From an uncultured Deinococcales bacterium (lineage in GTDB: Bacteria > Deinococcota > Deinococci > Deinococcales > JAAFIG01), in NCBI GenBank assembly GCA_964244895.1, contig CAXTKV010000107.1, forward strand, positions 1 to 17,477: a stretch of DNA of 17,477 nt, given 5' to 3'. A program made the position numbers and the translations under genes. Of this stretch, positions 1-7,821 are shown one piece after another. Within the stretch, counting starts at the first letter, position 1, and each line of letters opens with the position of its first letter. The notes below the pieces were generated by a model that did not search any database, was not told the DNA's origin, and worked only from the letters and a program-made list of their open reading frames with translations.

Positions 1-1029
1 CGCCGCCATCGGCACCCCCGGCCCCGGGTGCACGCCGCCGCCCGCCAGGTACATCCGGTCAACGTTGATATCGCCGGATTGCACGCGGTAGAACTCGAGG
101 CTTCGGCGGATTTCCGTGGTCAGATCCAGCAACGGCGTGCGAATCGCGTCGAAGATTTTGGCGGGGCTGTAGCGTTCGCGGTTGACGTCGAAGTCCAAAA
201 GGTCTTCTTCGTCTTCGGTCGGGATGGTGGCGGTGGCGTAGTTGAGTTTCACGTCTTCGGCGGTGTTGAAATCCAGGCCGAAAGCTTTCTGGATTGCCAC
301 GGTGAAATCATCGCCGGAAACGTTGATGTTGCGGTTCATCAGCACGCGCTCGCCGCGCACCAGCGCGATGGTCGAATTGCTCGCACCGATCTCGAGCACC
401 ACGCCGACTTCTCCGGATTCGGTGAAGGTGGAGGTGTTGGTCAGCGTCGTCTTGGAGACGTGCTCGCCGAGCAGGCTGCCGCGCAGGGCGCGAAGGGCAG
501 CGAAGGGCTTGACATCGATCACGACGGGCTCGAGGCCAGCCAGTTTGATGACTTCGACCAGACGAGCGATGGTTTCGTGTTGTGCGGCGGCGATCATGAC
601 TTCCATCTGTCCGTCTGCGGGGATATCGTCGGGGTTGTCGAGGATGTCGTAATCCAGCACGACCTCGTCGATCGGGAAGGGGATGTAGCGTTCGGCTTCC
701 CACTTGATCGCCTCGTCGAGCTCCTTGAGGCTCATCTTCGGCATCGGGATGATGCGCGTGATGGCGGCCTGGTTGGCGATGGACGTGACGACGTACTTGT
801 TGCGGATCTTCGCCTCGGCCAGTCCTGCCTTGATCTCGGCAGCGATGGCTTGCGGTTCGATCACCTGTCCGTCCTGGATGGTTCCGGGAGGCGTGGGGCG
901 GATGGCCAGAGCGCGCAGGCTCGGTGGAGAACCGGAACGAAGCTCGACGATCTTGATGGCGCTCGTACCGACCTCGAGACCGATGGCCTCGATGCGCGGG
1001 TTGACGAGTCGCTTGAACAGTTCCTGCAT
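1..1029 (-). CDS. pilM: Type IV pilus assembly protein PilM (actin-like), 3' end outside the window
   Basis: Absent from the ORF track because there is no stop. Manual translation from ATG 1029 (SD-like AGGGGG upstream) gives MQELFKRLVNPRIEAIGLEVGTSAIKIVELRSGSPPSLRALAIRPTPPG...EAERYIPFPIDEVVLDY...VIDVKPFA...RRSLEF...YLAGGG, closely matching Thermus/Deinococcus PilM. Confidence 0.93.
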   Translation of the reverse strand, partial: MQELFKRLVNPRIEAIGLEVGTSAIKIVELRSGSPPSLRALAIRPTPPGTIQDGQVIEPQAIAAEIKAGLAEAKIRNKYVVTSIANQAAITRIIPMPKMSLKELDEAIKWEAERYIPFPIDEVVLDYDILDNPDDIPADGQMEVMIAAAQHETIARLVEVIKLAGLEPVVIDVKPFAALRALRGSLLGEHVSKTTLTNTSTFTESGEVGVVLEIGASNSTIALVRGERVLMNRNINVSGDDFTVAIQKAFGLDFNTAEDVKLNYATATIPTEDEEDLLDFDVNRERYSPAKIFDAIRTPLLDLTTEIRRSLEFYRVQSGDINVDRMYLAGGGVHPGPGVPMAA

Positions 1030-1083
1030 AGATCCCCCTGGTTTGAGGTCACGCGACGTTAACGATGGGTCACTTCAAAAGCG

Positions 1084-1089
1084 ATTCTA
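1084..1089 (-). promoter_or_regulatory. Candidate -10 box (TAGAAT) for pilM
   Basis: TAGAAT on the minus strand about 55 nt upstream of the pilM ATG. No -35 at canonical spacing (TTGACC is 21 nt away). Confidence 0.4.
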
Positions 1090-1378
1090 GCTGTGGGCTC
1101 CGAAAGCAGAGGTCAAATTTCACACGCTTTCGCAATTCGCCGCTCATTTGCAAAGAGCGTGCCTGGCGCGTTTTGTTTGCCCGAAGGGATCGAAGCCTGT
1201 CTGCCACAAACCTATACTCGCACGCTTTAGCTTTCATAAACCTTACTGCGCTCGGGTGAAGTCTCGTCGTGCGCGCGGCGGATGCGGTTTATGGGGCTGG
1301 AGCGTTCGCCTCGAGTCGGGCTGGCCGAATTTCGCGCCCCAATCACGGATGACCGAACCGAGGCCACAACAGAAATAA

Positions 1379-1421
1379 GCGTGCTGGACGGTGTCTCGGG
1401 TGGAAACACCGTCCAGCACGC
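1379..1421. repeat. Intergenic inverted repeat, ACCGTCCAGCACGC family, directly after the thyX stop
   Basis: Perfect 16-bp arms GCGTGCTGGACGGTGT (1379-1394) and ACACCGTCCAGCACGC (1406-1421). Confidence 0.9.
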
Positions 1422-1430
1422 AGATTGCGT

Positions 1431-2288
1431 TCAACGCGGCGGGTAGAGCTTGTCCAAGGCTTCCTGGATGCGCGATTTCGACATGCCCTGCGACTCGAGC
1501 GCCGTCTGCAAGGCTTCTCTCGAGATCAACGCGCGAACCGCATCGAGTTCCTTGCCGGAAAGGTTCGCCCCGTTGAGCATGTGCTCCTCGAAGCTGGCCC
1601 AGGTCGCGGGCACGGCCTGGGACACGAACCTGGCTACGGCATCGGCGTAGGCGCGAATCTCGGCTTGCGCGTGCCAGTCGAGGCGCAGGCGCAAAAAGTG
1701 CAGCAGATTGTGCAGGTTCTGCTTCCAGTAAAATTCGGTGTACAGGCCGACGGGCAGCACCTCGCGGGCCAGTTCGCGGGCCACGCCGAGTTCCAGCAAT
1801 TCCTCGTAGACGGTGAAGCTCTCGCGTTGCGCATCGCGGATGCGCCTGGCGGCGGCGCGGGCGGCATCGTCGGGCAGCGCGCCCTCGCCGACCTGCTTGT
1901 TTTTCGCGGATTGCGCCCGCAAGTCGGACGGGTCGGGCAAGTAGAACTCATCGCGCATCACGGAATACCTGGCCGATATCTCGTTGACGGAAGCCGTCCT
2001 GTGGCGGAACCACTGGCGCACCACGAAGATCGGCGCTTTGATATGAAACGTGAATTCGACCATCTCGAACGGGCTGGTGTGCTTGTGGCGCATCAGGTAA
2101 TCGATCAATCCGGCGTCCTCGCGCACGGTTTTGGTGCCGTCGCCGTAGGACACGCGGGCGGCCTGCACGATCCGGGCGTCGTCGCCCATCACGTCGATCA
2201 ACCGCACGAAGCCCTGGTCGAGCACGTTGATGCGTCTGTCTGCCTCGAGCGCGCTCAGGTTGGCGGTGTCGGTCGCGGGTTGGGTCAT
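1431..2288 (-). CDS. thyX: FAD-dependent thymidylate synthase ThyX (about 285 aa)
   Basis: RHRTASVNEISARY ThyX signature, AARVSY, HTSPFE, AQAEIR. Start moved to ATG 2288 (MTQPA) because TAGAAT lies 7 nt upstream (leaderless). Confidence 0.97.
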   Translation of the reverse strand: MTQPATDTANLSALEADRRINVLDQGFVRLIDVMGDDARIVQAARVSYGDGTKTVREDAGLIDYLMRHKHTSPFEMVEFTFHIKAPIFVVRQWFRHRTASVNEISARYSVMRDEFYLPDPSDLRAQSAKNKQVGEGALPDDAARAAARRIRDAQRESFTVYEELLELGVARELAREVLPVGLYTEFYWKQNLHNLLHFLRLRLDWHAQAEIRAYADAVARFVSQAVPATWASFEEHMLNGANLSGKELDAVRALISREALQTALESQGMSKSRIQEALDKLYPPR

Positions 2289-2295
2289 GCCCAGG

Positions 2296-2325
2296 ATTCT
2301 AGCCATTTGAAAGCCTGAGGCACAA
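2296..2325 (-). promoter_or_regulatory. Leaderless sigma70-type promoter of thyX
   Basis: TTGTGC (2320-2325), 18-nt spacer, TAGAAT (2296-2301), 7 nt, ATG. Confidence 0.65.
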
Positions 2326-2366
2326 GCGCTGGTGTCGAACTCAGTCCAGCACACCACATTTAGAGC
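2320..2366. promoter_or_regulatory. Putative tandem NrdR boxes
   Basis: ACACCACATTTAGAGC (2351-2366) keeps all strongly conserved positions of acaCwAtATaTwGtgt. A weaker GCACAAGCGCTGGTGT (2320-2335) starts exactly 31 bp away and overlaps the -35. Confidence 0.6.
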
Positions 2367-2382
2367 TTCCTACAGCTTGAAA

Positions 2383-2436
2383 CCGTCAGTGACGCGATCT
2401 CGAGACTCCAAGCGCGGGATCGTGCGTCTGTGACGG
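2383..2436. repeat. Degenerate inverted pair of the intergenic repeat family
   Basis: CCGTCAGTGACGC (2383-2395) and GCGTCTGTGACGG (2424-2436), 11/13 complementary. Confidence 0.55.
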
Positions 2437-2545
2437 CGGACTTTGGATGAAAGCCCGTCTCAGGAATGCCCCCGACAATCCGCGCAAGCCGCGCTCGGGT
2501 GCAGGTTCGCCGCAGATTCCGTGCCGTTGCCCGAGTCCAACGAGA

Positions 2546-2589
2546 AGACCGTCCAGCACGCATATCTGGAATCGCGTGCTAGACGGTCT
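2546..2589. repeat. Inverted pair of the intergenic repeat family, just after the HICDH stop
   Basis: AGACCGTCCAGCACGC (2546-2561) and GCGTGCTAGACGGTCT (2574-2589), one mismatch. Confidence 0.88.
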
Positions 2590-2599
2590 CGTTTGAAAC

Positions 2600-3625
2600 T
2601 CAGGCCGTCCTGTACGCCTCGAGCACCACGTCCGCGAAGGCTTCCGTGCCGACGTTGCCGCCCAGATCGCCCGTGCGCGGCCCGTGTTCGAGCGCAACAT
2701 CCACGGCCTTCTCGAGCCGATCCGCAATCACACTTTCGTTGATGTGGCGCAGCATCAGGCAGGCCGCCAGGATTGTCGCGGTCGGGTTGGCGATGCCCTT
2801 TCCGGCGATGTCCGGCGCGCTGCCGTGAACGGATTCGAAGACCGCGTATTTCTCGCCGATGTTGCCGGACGCGGCGATGCCCAGGCCGCCGACCAATCCC
2901 GCCGTCAAGTCGGAGATGATGTCGCCGAACAGGTTGGTCGTGACGATCACGTCGAAGCGCTCCGGGCGCGTCACGAGCTGCATCGCGCAGTTGTCGATGA
3001 TGATGTCCTGCACGTCCAGGCCCGCGACCTTCTCGGCTTCGGCTCGAGCCGTGTTCAAGAATAAACCCTGCGTCACGGGCAGCACGTTGGCCTTGTGCGC
3101 GATGTAGAGCTGTTTGCGCGGCCTGCTAATCGCCAGTTTCGCGGCGTACTCACCGATGCGGCGGCTGGCGCGGCGCGTGATGACCGTGTCCGCGATGCCG
3201 ATCTCGCCGTCCATGTAGAGGCGTTCCTGCTCGACGTACAGACCTTCCGTGTTCTCGCGCACGATGATCAGGTCGACGCCGGGCCTCGAACCGGGCACGG
3301 GATGGTGCTTGGCGGGGCGCACGTTGGCGTACAGATCGAGCGCGCGGCGCATGTGGCGGATCGCGCCCCGGAAACCTGGAACCTTCTTGCTCGGGCTGGT
3401 GGCTGCGCCGAACAATGTCGCCTCGCAATCCTTGACTTTTTCCAGCGTCACCTCCGGGATGCTGTCGCCGGTGCGCTCGAAAAGCTCCCAGCCCGCTTCG
3501 GCCTCGACCCAGTCGAACTCGAGCCCGCCGACGCTGCTGATGCCGTCCAGCACTTTGCGCGCCGCCCGCACGACTTCGTGCCCGATGCCGTCGCCTTCGA
3601 TCAAGCCAATCCTGTGTTTCGCCAT
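2600..3625 (-). CDS. hicd: Homoisocitrate dehydrogenase (isocitrate/homoisocitrate dehydrogenase, AAA lysine pathway)
   Basis: [54 protein letters not shown] and [15 protein letters not shown] match the Thermus HICDH type rather than LeuB. Start at ATG 3625 (MAKHRIG) after GGGGG. Confidence 0.9.
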   Translation of the reverse strand: MAKHRIGLIEGDGIGHEVVRAARKVLDGISSVGGLEFDWVEAEAGWELFERTGDSIPEVTLEKVKDCEATLFGAATSPSKKVPGFRGAIRHMRRALDLYANVRPAKHHPVPGSRPGVDLIIVRENTEGLYVEQERLYMDGEIGIADTVITRRASRRIGEYAAKLAISRPRKQLYIAHKANVLPVTQGLFLNTARAEAEKVAGLDVQDIIIDNCAMQLVTRPERFDVIVTTNLFGDIISDLTAGLVGGLGIAASGNIGEKYAVFESVHGSAPDIAGKGIANPTATILAACLMLRHINESVIADRLEKAVDVALEHGPRTGDLGGNVGTEAFADVVLEAYRTA

Positions 3626-3648
3626 TGATGCCCCCGTTTCCTGCCTCG

Positions 3649-3654
3649 AGCCTA
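3649..3654 (-). promoter_or_regulatory. Candidate extended -10 (TGcTAGGCT) for the HICDH gene
   Basis: TAGGCT preceded by TG-n, 23 nt upstream of the ATG; overlaps a CTCGAG. Confidence 0.5.
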
Positions 3655-3723
3655 GCAAACGCCGCGATCTCTGAACCTTCCCGCAATTGTCCCTGTGCGG
3701 GTGACGTATCGGTGACCTGCCCG

Positions 3724-3780
3724 AGAAGACCGTCCCAGACGGTCTTCTTCGATGCTCGAGAAACCTTGTGCTGGACGGTG
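3724..3780. repeat. Short-hairpin form plus a single unit of the intergenic repeat family
   Basis: AGAAGACCGTC-cca-GACGGTCTTCT (3724-3748, perfect 11-bp arms) and GTGCTGGACGGTG (3768-3780). Confidence 0.85.
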
Positions 3781-3845
3781 CTGCCGATCTTCACATGCAC
3801 GCGCCGGACACGGTTCAGAAGCCAGCCAAACCATACACTCGAGCC

Positions 3846-4934
3846 GTGAAACACCTTCTGTTGATGGCTCCAATCCTGCTGACCCTGGCGGCCTGCGCCC
3901 CCGCCCGCGCGCTCGACCCGTTCGTGGAGCGCCGCCCCGACCCGATCAAGGATCAGGGCGCGCACAACGCGCCCATCGAGTGGTGGTACGTCAACGGTCA
4001 CCTGGACACGCCATCCGGCCCGAAAGGCTTCGCCGCCGCGATCTTTCAGGTGCTGCTGCCGCCGAATCTGAAGCTGGCGGGCGTCAGCGCGCAATCCCTG
4101 ATTCCTGGGCCGCTCTTTTTTGGGCATTACTCCGTGGTGGACAAGACCACCGGGCGCTTCGAGATCGGTGAACGTTCCAGCCTGCCCAACGCTGCGCCGC
4201 AGATTTCCGGTGCGGGCAGCGCCGCCCGAGAGCGCATGGACGTGAAACTGAGCGACTGGCGCATGGCCAGAGACGCGAACGGCGCGTACCAGCTGCGATT
4301 GAGCATCACCCAGGACGGCCAACCGCTGGACATCGCGCTCGCGCCAGAGCGCCCGGAAGTGGTTCACGGCCCCGGCTGGAGCGGCAGCCCGGAAACGGGC
4401 CGGATGTACTACTACAGCGCCACCCGATTGCGCGTCGCGGGCAAGCTCGGCGACCAACCCGTGACCGGCATCGCCTGGATCGACCACCAGTGGGGCGGCG
4501 GCGATGGCGACGGCAGTTCCAGCGTTACCCCGCGCTGGGACTGGTTCAGCCTGCAACTCGACGACGGGCGCGACATGATGGTCTACCGCGTCAAGAACGC
4601 CAAAGGTCAAGTCGCGGACGAGTACGTCTCGATCACTTCCGGCGGCGAGGCGAGCTCGAGCCGCGTCTTCAAACTCAGGCCGCTCTCGACCTGGAAATCA
4701 GGCACGGGCGCCGAATACCCGCTCGTGTGGGTTCTGACCCTCGAGAACGGCGAGCGTTTCGACATCAGCGCCGTCACCAACAACCAGGAAGTCCGCTCCG
4801 AGGCCACCGCCGGGTTCGCGTACTACGAGGGCGCGGTCAAGGTCACGGGTGCGTCCACGGGCGTCGGGTACATGGAATTGACCGGCTACGCCCCGGTCGT
4901 CAGCAACCCCTTCGCGGCCCTCGGTCAGAGATAA
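3846..4934 (+). CDS. AttH/CrtC-like lipocalin-fold lipoprotein (carotenoid 1,2-hydratase-like family)
   Basis: EWWYVNGHL, YYYSATRL, GIAWIDHQWG, WDWFSLQLDDG, YYEG and GYMELTGY motifs. Start GTG 3846 gives MKHLLLMAPILLTLAAC (lipobox LAAC), with TACACT 6 nt upstream. Confidence 0.85.
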   Translation: MKHLLLMAPILLTLAACAPARALDPFVERRPDPIKDQGAHNAPIEWWYVNGHLDTPSGPKGFAAAIFQVLLPPNLKLAGVSAQSLIPGPLFFGHYSVVDKTTGRFEIGERSSLPNAAPQISGAGSAARERMDVKLSDWRMARDANGAYQLRLSITQDGQPLDIALAPERPEVVHGPGWSGSPETGRMYYYSATRLRVAGKLGDQPVTGIAWIDHQWGGGDGDGSSSVTPRWDWFSLQLDDGRDMMVYRVKNAKGQVADEYVSITSGGEASSSRVFKLRPLSTWKSGTGAEYPLVWVLTLENGERFDISAVTNNQEVRSEATAGFAYYEGAVKVTGASTGVGYMELTGYAPVVSNPFAALGQR

Positions 4935-4941
4935 GGCTTAA

Positions 4942-4966
4942 AGAACACCGTTCCACACGGTGTTCT
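4942..4966. repeat. Short-hairpin form of the intergenic repeat family
   Basis: AGAACACCGT-tccac-ACGGTGTTCT, perfect 10-bp arms, 8 nt after the stop codon. Confidence 0.85.
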
Positions 4967-5013
4967 CGAGTTCGCGCATCTGGAGAAGGGTGGTCGAACG
5001 CGTGTCGTCGAGA

Positions 5014-5080
5014 GGGCAGGTCGCAGACCTGCCCCGACGAAAACGGTGTTCCGTAGGGCGAACCCTGTGTTCGCCCCTAC
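5014..5080. repeat. Two GTAG-type REP-like palindromes
   Basis: GTAGGGCGAAC-cctgt-GTTCGCCCCTAC (5053-5080) and, on the minus strand, GTCGGGGCAGGTC-tgc-GACCTGCCC (5014-5038). Confidence 0.75.
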
Positions 5081-5120
5081 AGGACACGTCGTTGGAACTG
5101 GCTTTCGTTGGGAACCCAAT

Positions 5121-5183
5121 CTCGAGAAGACCGTGCCAGACGCAATTCCTCGAGACTCAAGAATGCCGCGCTGGACGGTCTTC
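5121..5183. repeat. Inverted pair of the intergenic repeat family
   Basis: CTCGAGAAGACCGTGCCAGACGC (5121-5143) and GCGCTGGACGGTCTTC (5168-5183). Confidence 0.75.
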
Positions 5184-5289
5184 CCGCCCGAGATCGCGCC
5201 AGATCGCCGCGCTCGAGATTTCGTTTCGATGCTCAGGCTCGAGGCGTGGGATTGGCGGATTCCCTCAGAGGGCGCGGTAAGCTTCACGC

Positions 5290-6468
5290 ATGGTCGTGGT
5301 CGCATACGTCGCTTTCGCGCTGGTGGTCGTCTCCACCGTCGGCATCCTGCTCGCCCTGCTGCCCGTGTTCCGTTTCGTGCGCCGACCCGAACCCAGCGAT
5401 CCGGCGCGCTGGCCGAAAGTCTCCGTCCTGCGCCCGGTCAAGGGACTCGATCCGGTCGCCAGGGAGGGCTTCATCTCGTTCATCGAGCAGGATTACCCCG
5501 GTCAAGTCGAAACGATTTTCGCGGTCGAGGGTTACGACGATCCGGTGCTGCCGCTGATCACTGAACTCCAAACAACCCACCCCGATCACGACATCAAACT
5601 GGTGCATTCCATCGCCAGGGCCGACGTGATGGGCAAGGTCAACAACGTCCTGGCCGCGCAAGCCGAAGCCACCGGAGAGATCTACCTGAGCGTCGACTCC
5701 GACGTGGTGGCCAGCCCAGGAGCCATCAAACGGCTGGTGCGCGCGCTGCTTTCGAGTTCCGCGCGCAATGGTCGGCGCATCGGTGCGGTCGGCGCGATGC
5801 CGGTCTACACGTCCATGCAGGATCTGGGCGCGGGACTGATGGGCGCGTACTACAGCCCGTTCATGGTCTTGTATTACTCCGTCAAGGACTGGCTCGGGCC
5901 GCGAGACGTGTTCCCCGCGACCTGTTACGCGATCCTGCCGGACGCGCTCCGGCAGGCGGGCGGTTGGGAATCGGTGGCGGACAACATCGCGGACGATTCG
6001 ACCATCGGGCAGAACCTGTACCGGAACGGCTTTGAAAGCATCATGTCGAACGTCGCGGTCAGCGTGCCTGAACCGACCAAAAGCTTGCGCGACTGGTGGA
6101 CGCACCAGCACCGCTGGCAGTTGACGTACCGCATGACCCTGCCGCTCGGCTTGTACCTGCTCGAACCGCTCGGGCATCCGGTGTTGTTGGCGCTGTTGCT
6201 GCCGGTGTTGTTCGCGCTGGCCGGGTTGAACGTCTGGACGGCGCTGCTGACGCTGATGGCGTACCTGATCGTGCGCTGGATCGTGATCGGCGTGATCGAC
6301 GCGGTGTACTTGCACGAACCGACCATGAAACGCTGGCTGTGGGTCGAACCGCTGGCGGAATTGATGCTGACCGGCACCTGGGCGCACGCGCTGTTGCAGA
6401 GCACGACCGTCTGGCGCGGTATTCCGTACCGCGTCTCGAAAGGCGGCAAGCTCGTTCGGATGAAGTGA
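5290..6468 (+). CDS. Membrane glycosyltransferase, GT21 / ceramide-glucosyltransferase / HpnI-like
   Basis: N-terminal TM helix, VSVLRPVKGLD, GKVNN, DSD, IADD, QHRW (QxRW), C-terminal TM helices and VWRG tail. TAAGCT 6 nt upstream of the ATG. Confidence 0.85.
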   Translation: MVVVAYVAFALVVVSTVGILLALLPVFRFVRRPEPSDPARWPKVSVLRPVKGLDPVAREGFISFIEQDYPGQVETIFAVEGYDDPVLPLITELQTTHPDHDIKLVHSIARADVMGKVNNVLAAQAEATGEIYLSVDSDVVASPGAIKRLVRALLSSSARNGRRIGAVGAMPVYTSMQDLGAGLMGAYYSPFMVLYYSVKDWLGPRDVFPATCYAILPDALRQAGGWESVADNIADDSTIGQNLYRNGFESIMSNVAVSVPEPTKSLRDWWTHQHRWQLTYRMTLPLGLYLLEPLGHPVLLALLLPVLFALAGLNVWTALLTLMAYLIVRWIVIGVIDAVYLHEPTMKRWLWVEPLAELMLTGTWAHALLQSTTVWRGIPYRVSKGGKLVRMK

Positions 6469-6470
6469 CG

Positions 6471-6550
6471 CGAGAACGCCGTCCCACACGGTGTCCTCGA
6501 GAACGCGCGCTGAACGGTGTACTCGAGGAGACCGCCCTGAGAGCGCGCGC
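6471..6550. repeat. Cluster of intergenic repeat units
   Basis: CGAGAACGCCGT-cccac-ACGGTGTCCTCG (6471-6499) followed by degenerate GCGCGCTGAACGGTGTACTCGAG and GAGACCGCCCTGAGAGCGCGC. Confidence 0.7.
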
Positions 6551-6571
6551 ATTTGGCGGTAACCTGAAGCT

Positions 6572-7417
6572 GTGATCTACGTCGAGTGTCCGCGCGATTC
6601 GTGGCAGGGGTTGGCGCGGTTGATTCCGACCGAACGCAAACTCTTTCATCTGCGCGCGCTCTTGGGCGCGGGATTTCGTCACCTGGATTGCGGTTCGTTC
6701 GTGTCACCCCAGGCCGTGCCGCAGATGGCGGATACCGAAGCCGTGCTGGACGGCTTGCCGGAAGTCGCAGGCGCGGATTACCTGTGCATCGTCGCCAACC
6801 AACGCGGTCTGGAACGCGCGCTTGACGCGCCGAAGCTGACCAGCGTCGGCTATCCGCTCTCGATCTCGGACACGTTCCAGCGGCGCAACACGAACCGTTC
6901 GCTGGCGGATTCGTGGGCACTGGTGGCGGACTTGCTTCAGCATTCCGGGCGCTTGCGCTTCGTGGTGTACGTCTCGATGGGTTTCGGCAACCCTTACGGC
7001 GATCCGTGGGACGAAACCATCGCGCTCAATGCGATTGGGCGTCTGCGCGAGATCGGCGTGGCAGACATCGCGCTGGCCGACACCTACGGTCAGGCCGACC
7101 CGAACCGCGTGCGAGACGTGACGCGCGCCGCAGTCGAGGCGTTCGGTTCGGACGGTCTGGGCGTTCACCTGCACGCCCGACCCGAACGCGCCGCATCGCT
7201 GGCGGAAGCCGCGCTGGAATCCGGTATTCGTTGGCTCGAGGGTGCGCTCGGTGGCGTCGGCGGTTGCCCCTTCGCGGGCGACGACCTGGTCGGGAACCTG
7301 CCGACGGAAACCGTGCTGGACGTGCTCGAGCGTCGCGGTCTCGGGATGTCGGTTGATCGCTCGAGAATCGCTTCGCTGGCCGCGAGCGCGCTCGCCATAC
7401 GAGACGAATTCGCGTGA
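6572..7417 (+). CDS. Hydroxymethylglutaryl-CoA lyase
   Basis: VECPRDSWQG, SFVSPQAVPQMAD, ADTYG, HLH and GGCPFA motifs. TAACCT 6 nt upstream of the GTG. Confidence 0.9.
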   Translation: MIYVECPRDSWQGLARLIPTERKLFHLRALLGAGFRHLDCGSFVSPQAVPQMADTEAVLDGLPEVAGADYLCIVANQRGLERALDAPKLTSVGYPLSISDTFQRRNTNRSLADSWALVADLLQHSGRLRFVVYVSMGFGNPYGDPWDETIALNAIGRLREIGVADIALADTYGQADPNRVRDVTRAAVEAFGSDGLGVHLHARPERAASLAEAALESGIRWLEGALGGVGGCPFAGDDLVGNLPTETVLDVLERRGLGMSVDRSRIASLAASALAIRDEFA

Positions 7418-7446
7418 TTGCTCGAGCAGTCTCTCGTCTGAAACCT

Positions 7447-7716
7447 TCAGTTGACGTTGCTCATGGTCGCGTTGAGCGCCCGCAAGATTTCCTTATCCGT
7501 AATCTCGAGCTTTTCGATCGCGTCCGAGACCCCGTGTTCGTACCCGGCCAGAAACCAGCTTTCGGGCTTGAGTTTTTCGAGCGATGGACGCAGTCCACCG
7601 ACGAGCTGGTGCGAGCGCTCGGTCGCCACGCCGATCAGCTCGCGTTTCATGCGTTCTTTGAGGCTGCGACACTCGTTTTGAAAAGCGGTCGTCAATCGGT
7701 TGAAGTAAGACATCAC
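7447..7716 (-). CDS. Small hypothetical protein (88-89 aa)
   Basis: Fills the gap between HMG-CoA lyase and the FNR gene, has protein-like helical composition, GGGGTG before ATG 7713 and GACAAT 6 nt before GTG 7716. No family recognised. Confidence 0.6.
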   Translation of the reverse strand: MMSYFNRLTTAFQNECRSLKERMKRELIGVATERSHQLVGGLRPSLEKLKPESWFLAGYEHGVSDAIEKLEITDKEILRALNATMSNVN

Positions 7717-7821
7717 CCCAGAATTGTCCGCCCCTCAGATGGAAGGGATCTAAATTTTGTGTGAGCAATCGTGAACTCGGGTGAGCGAACAGCAAACCTT
7801 GCCCACCCCGAACGCGAACGA

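Noticed and set aside
28..1062. 344-aa plus-strand ORF
   Set aside because: Antisense shadow of pilM, which is recognisable on the minus strand
1100..1200. c-di-GMP riboswitch upstream of pilM
   Set aside because: GGGCAAAC occurs on the minus strand, but I could not build the GNRA-capped P2 or the GCAAAGC/P3 elements
1431..1560. ThyX C-terminal extension as a novelty
   Set aside because: A similar extra C-terminal helical region is known in Thermus ThyX
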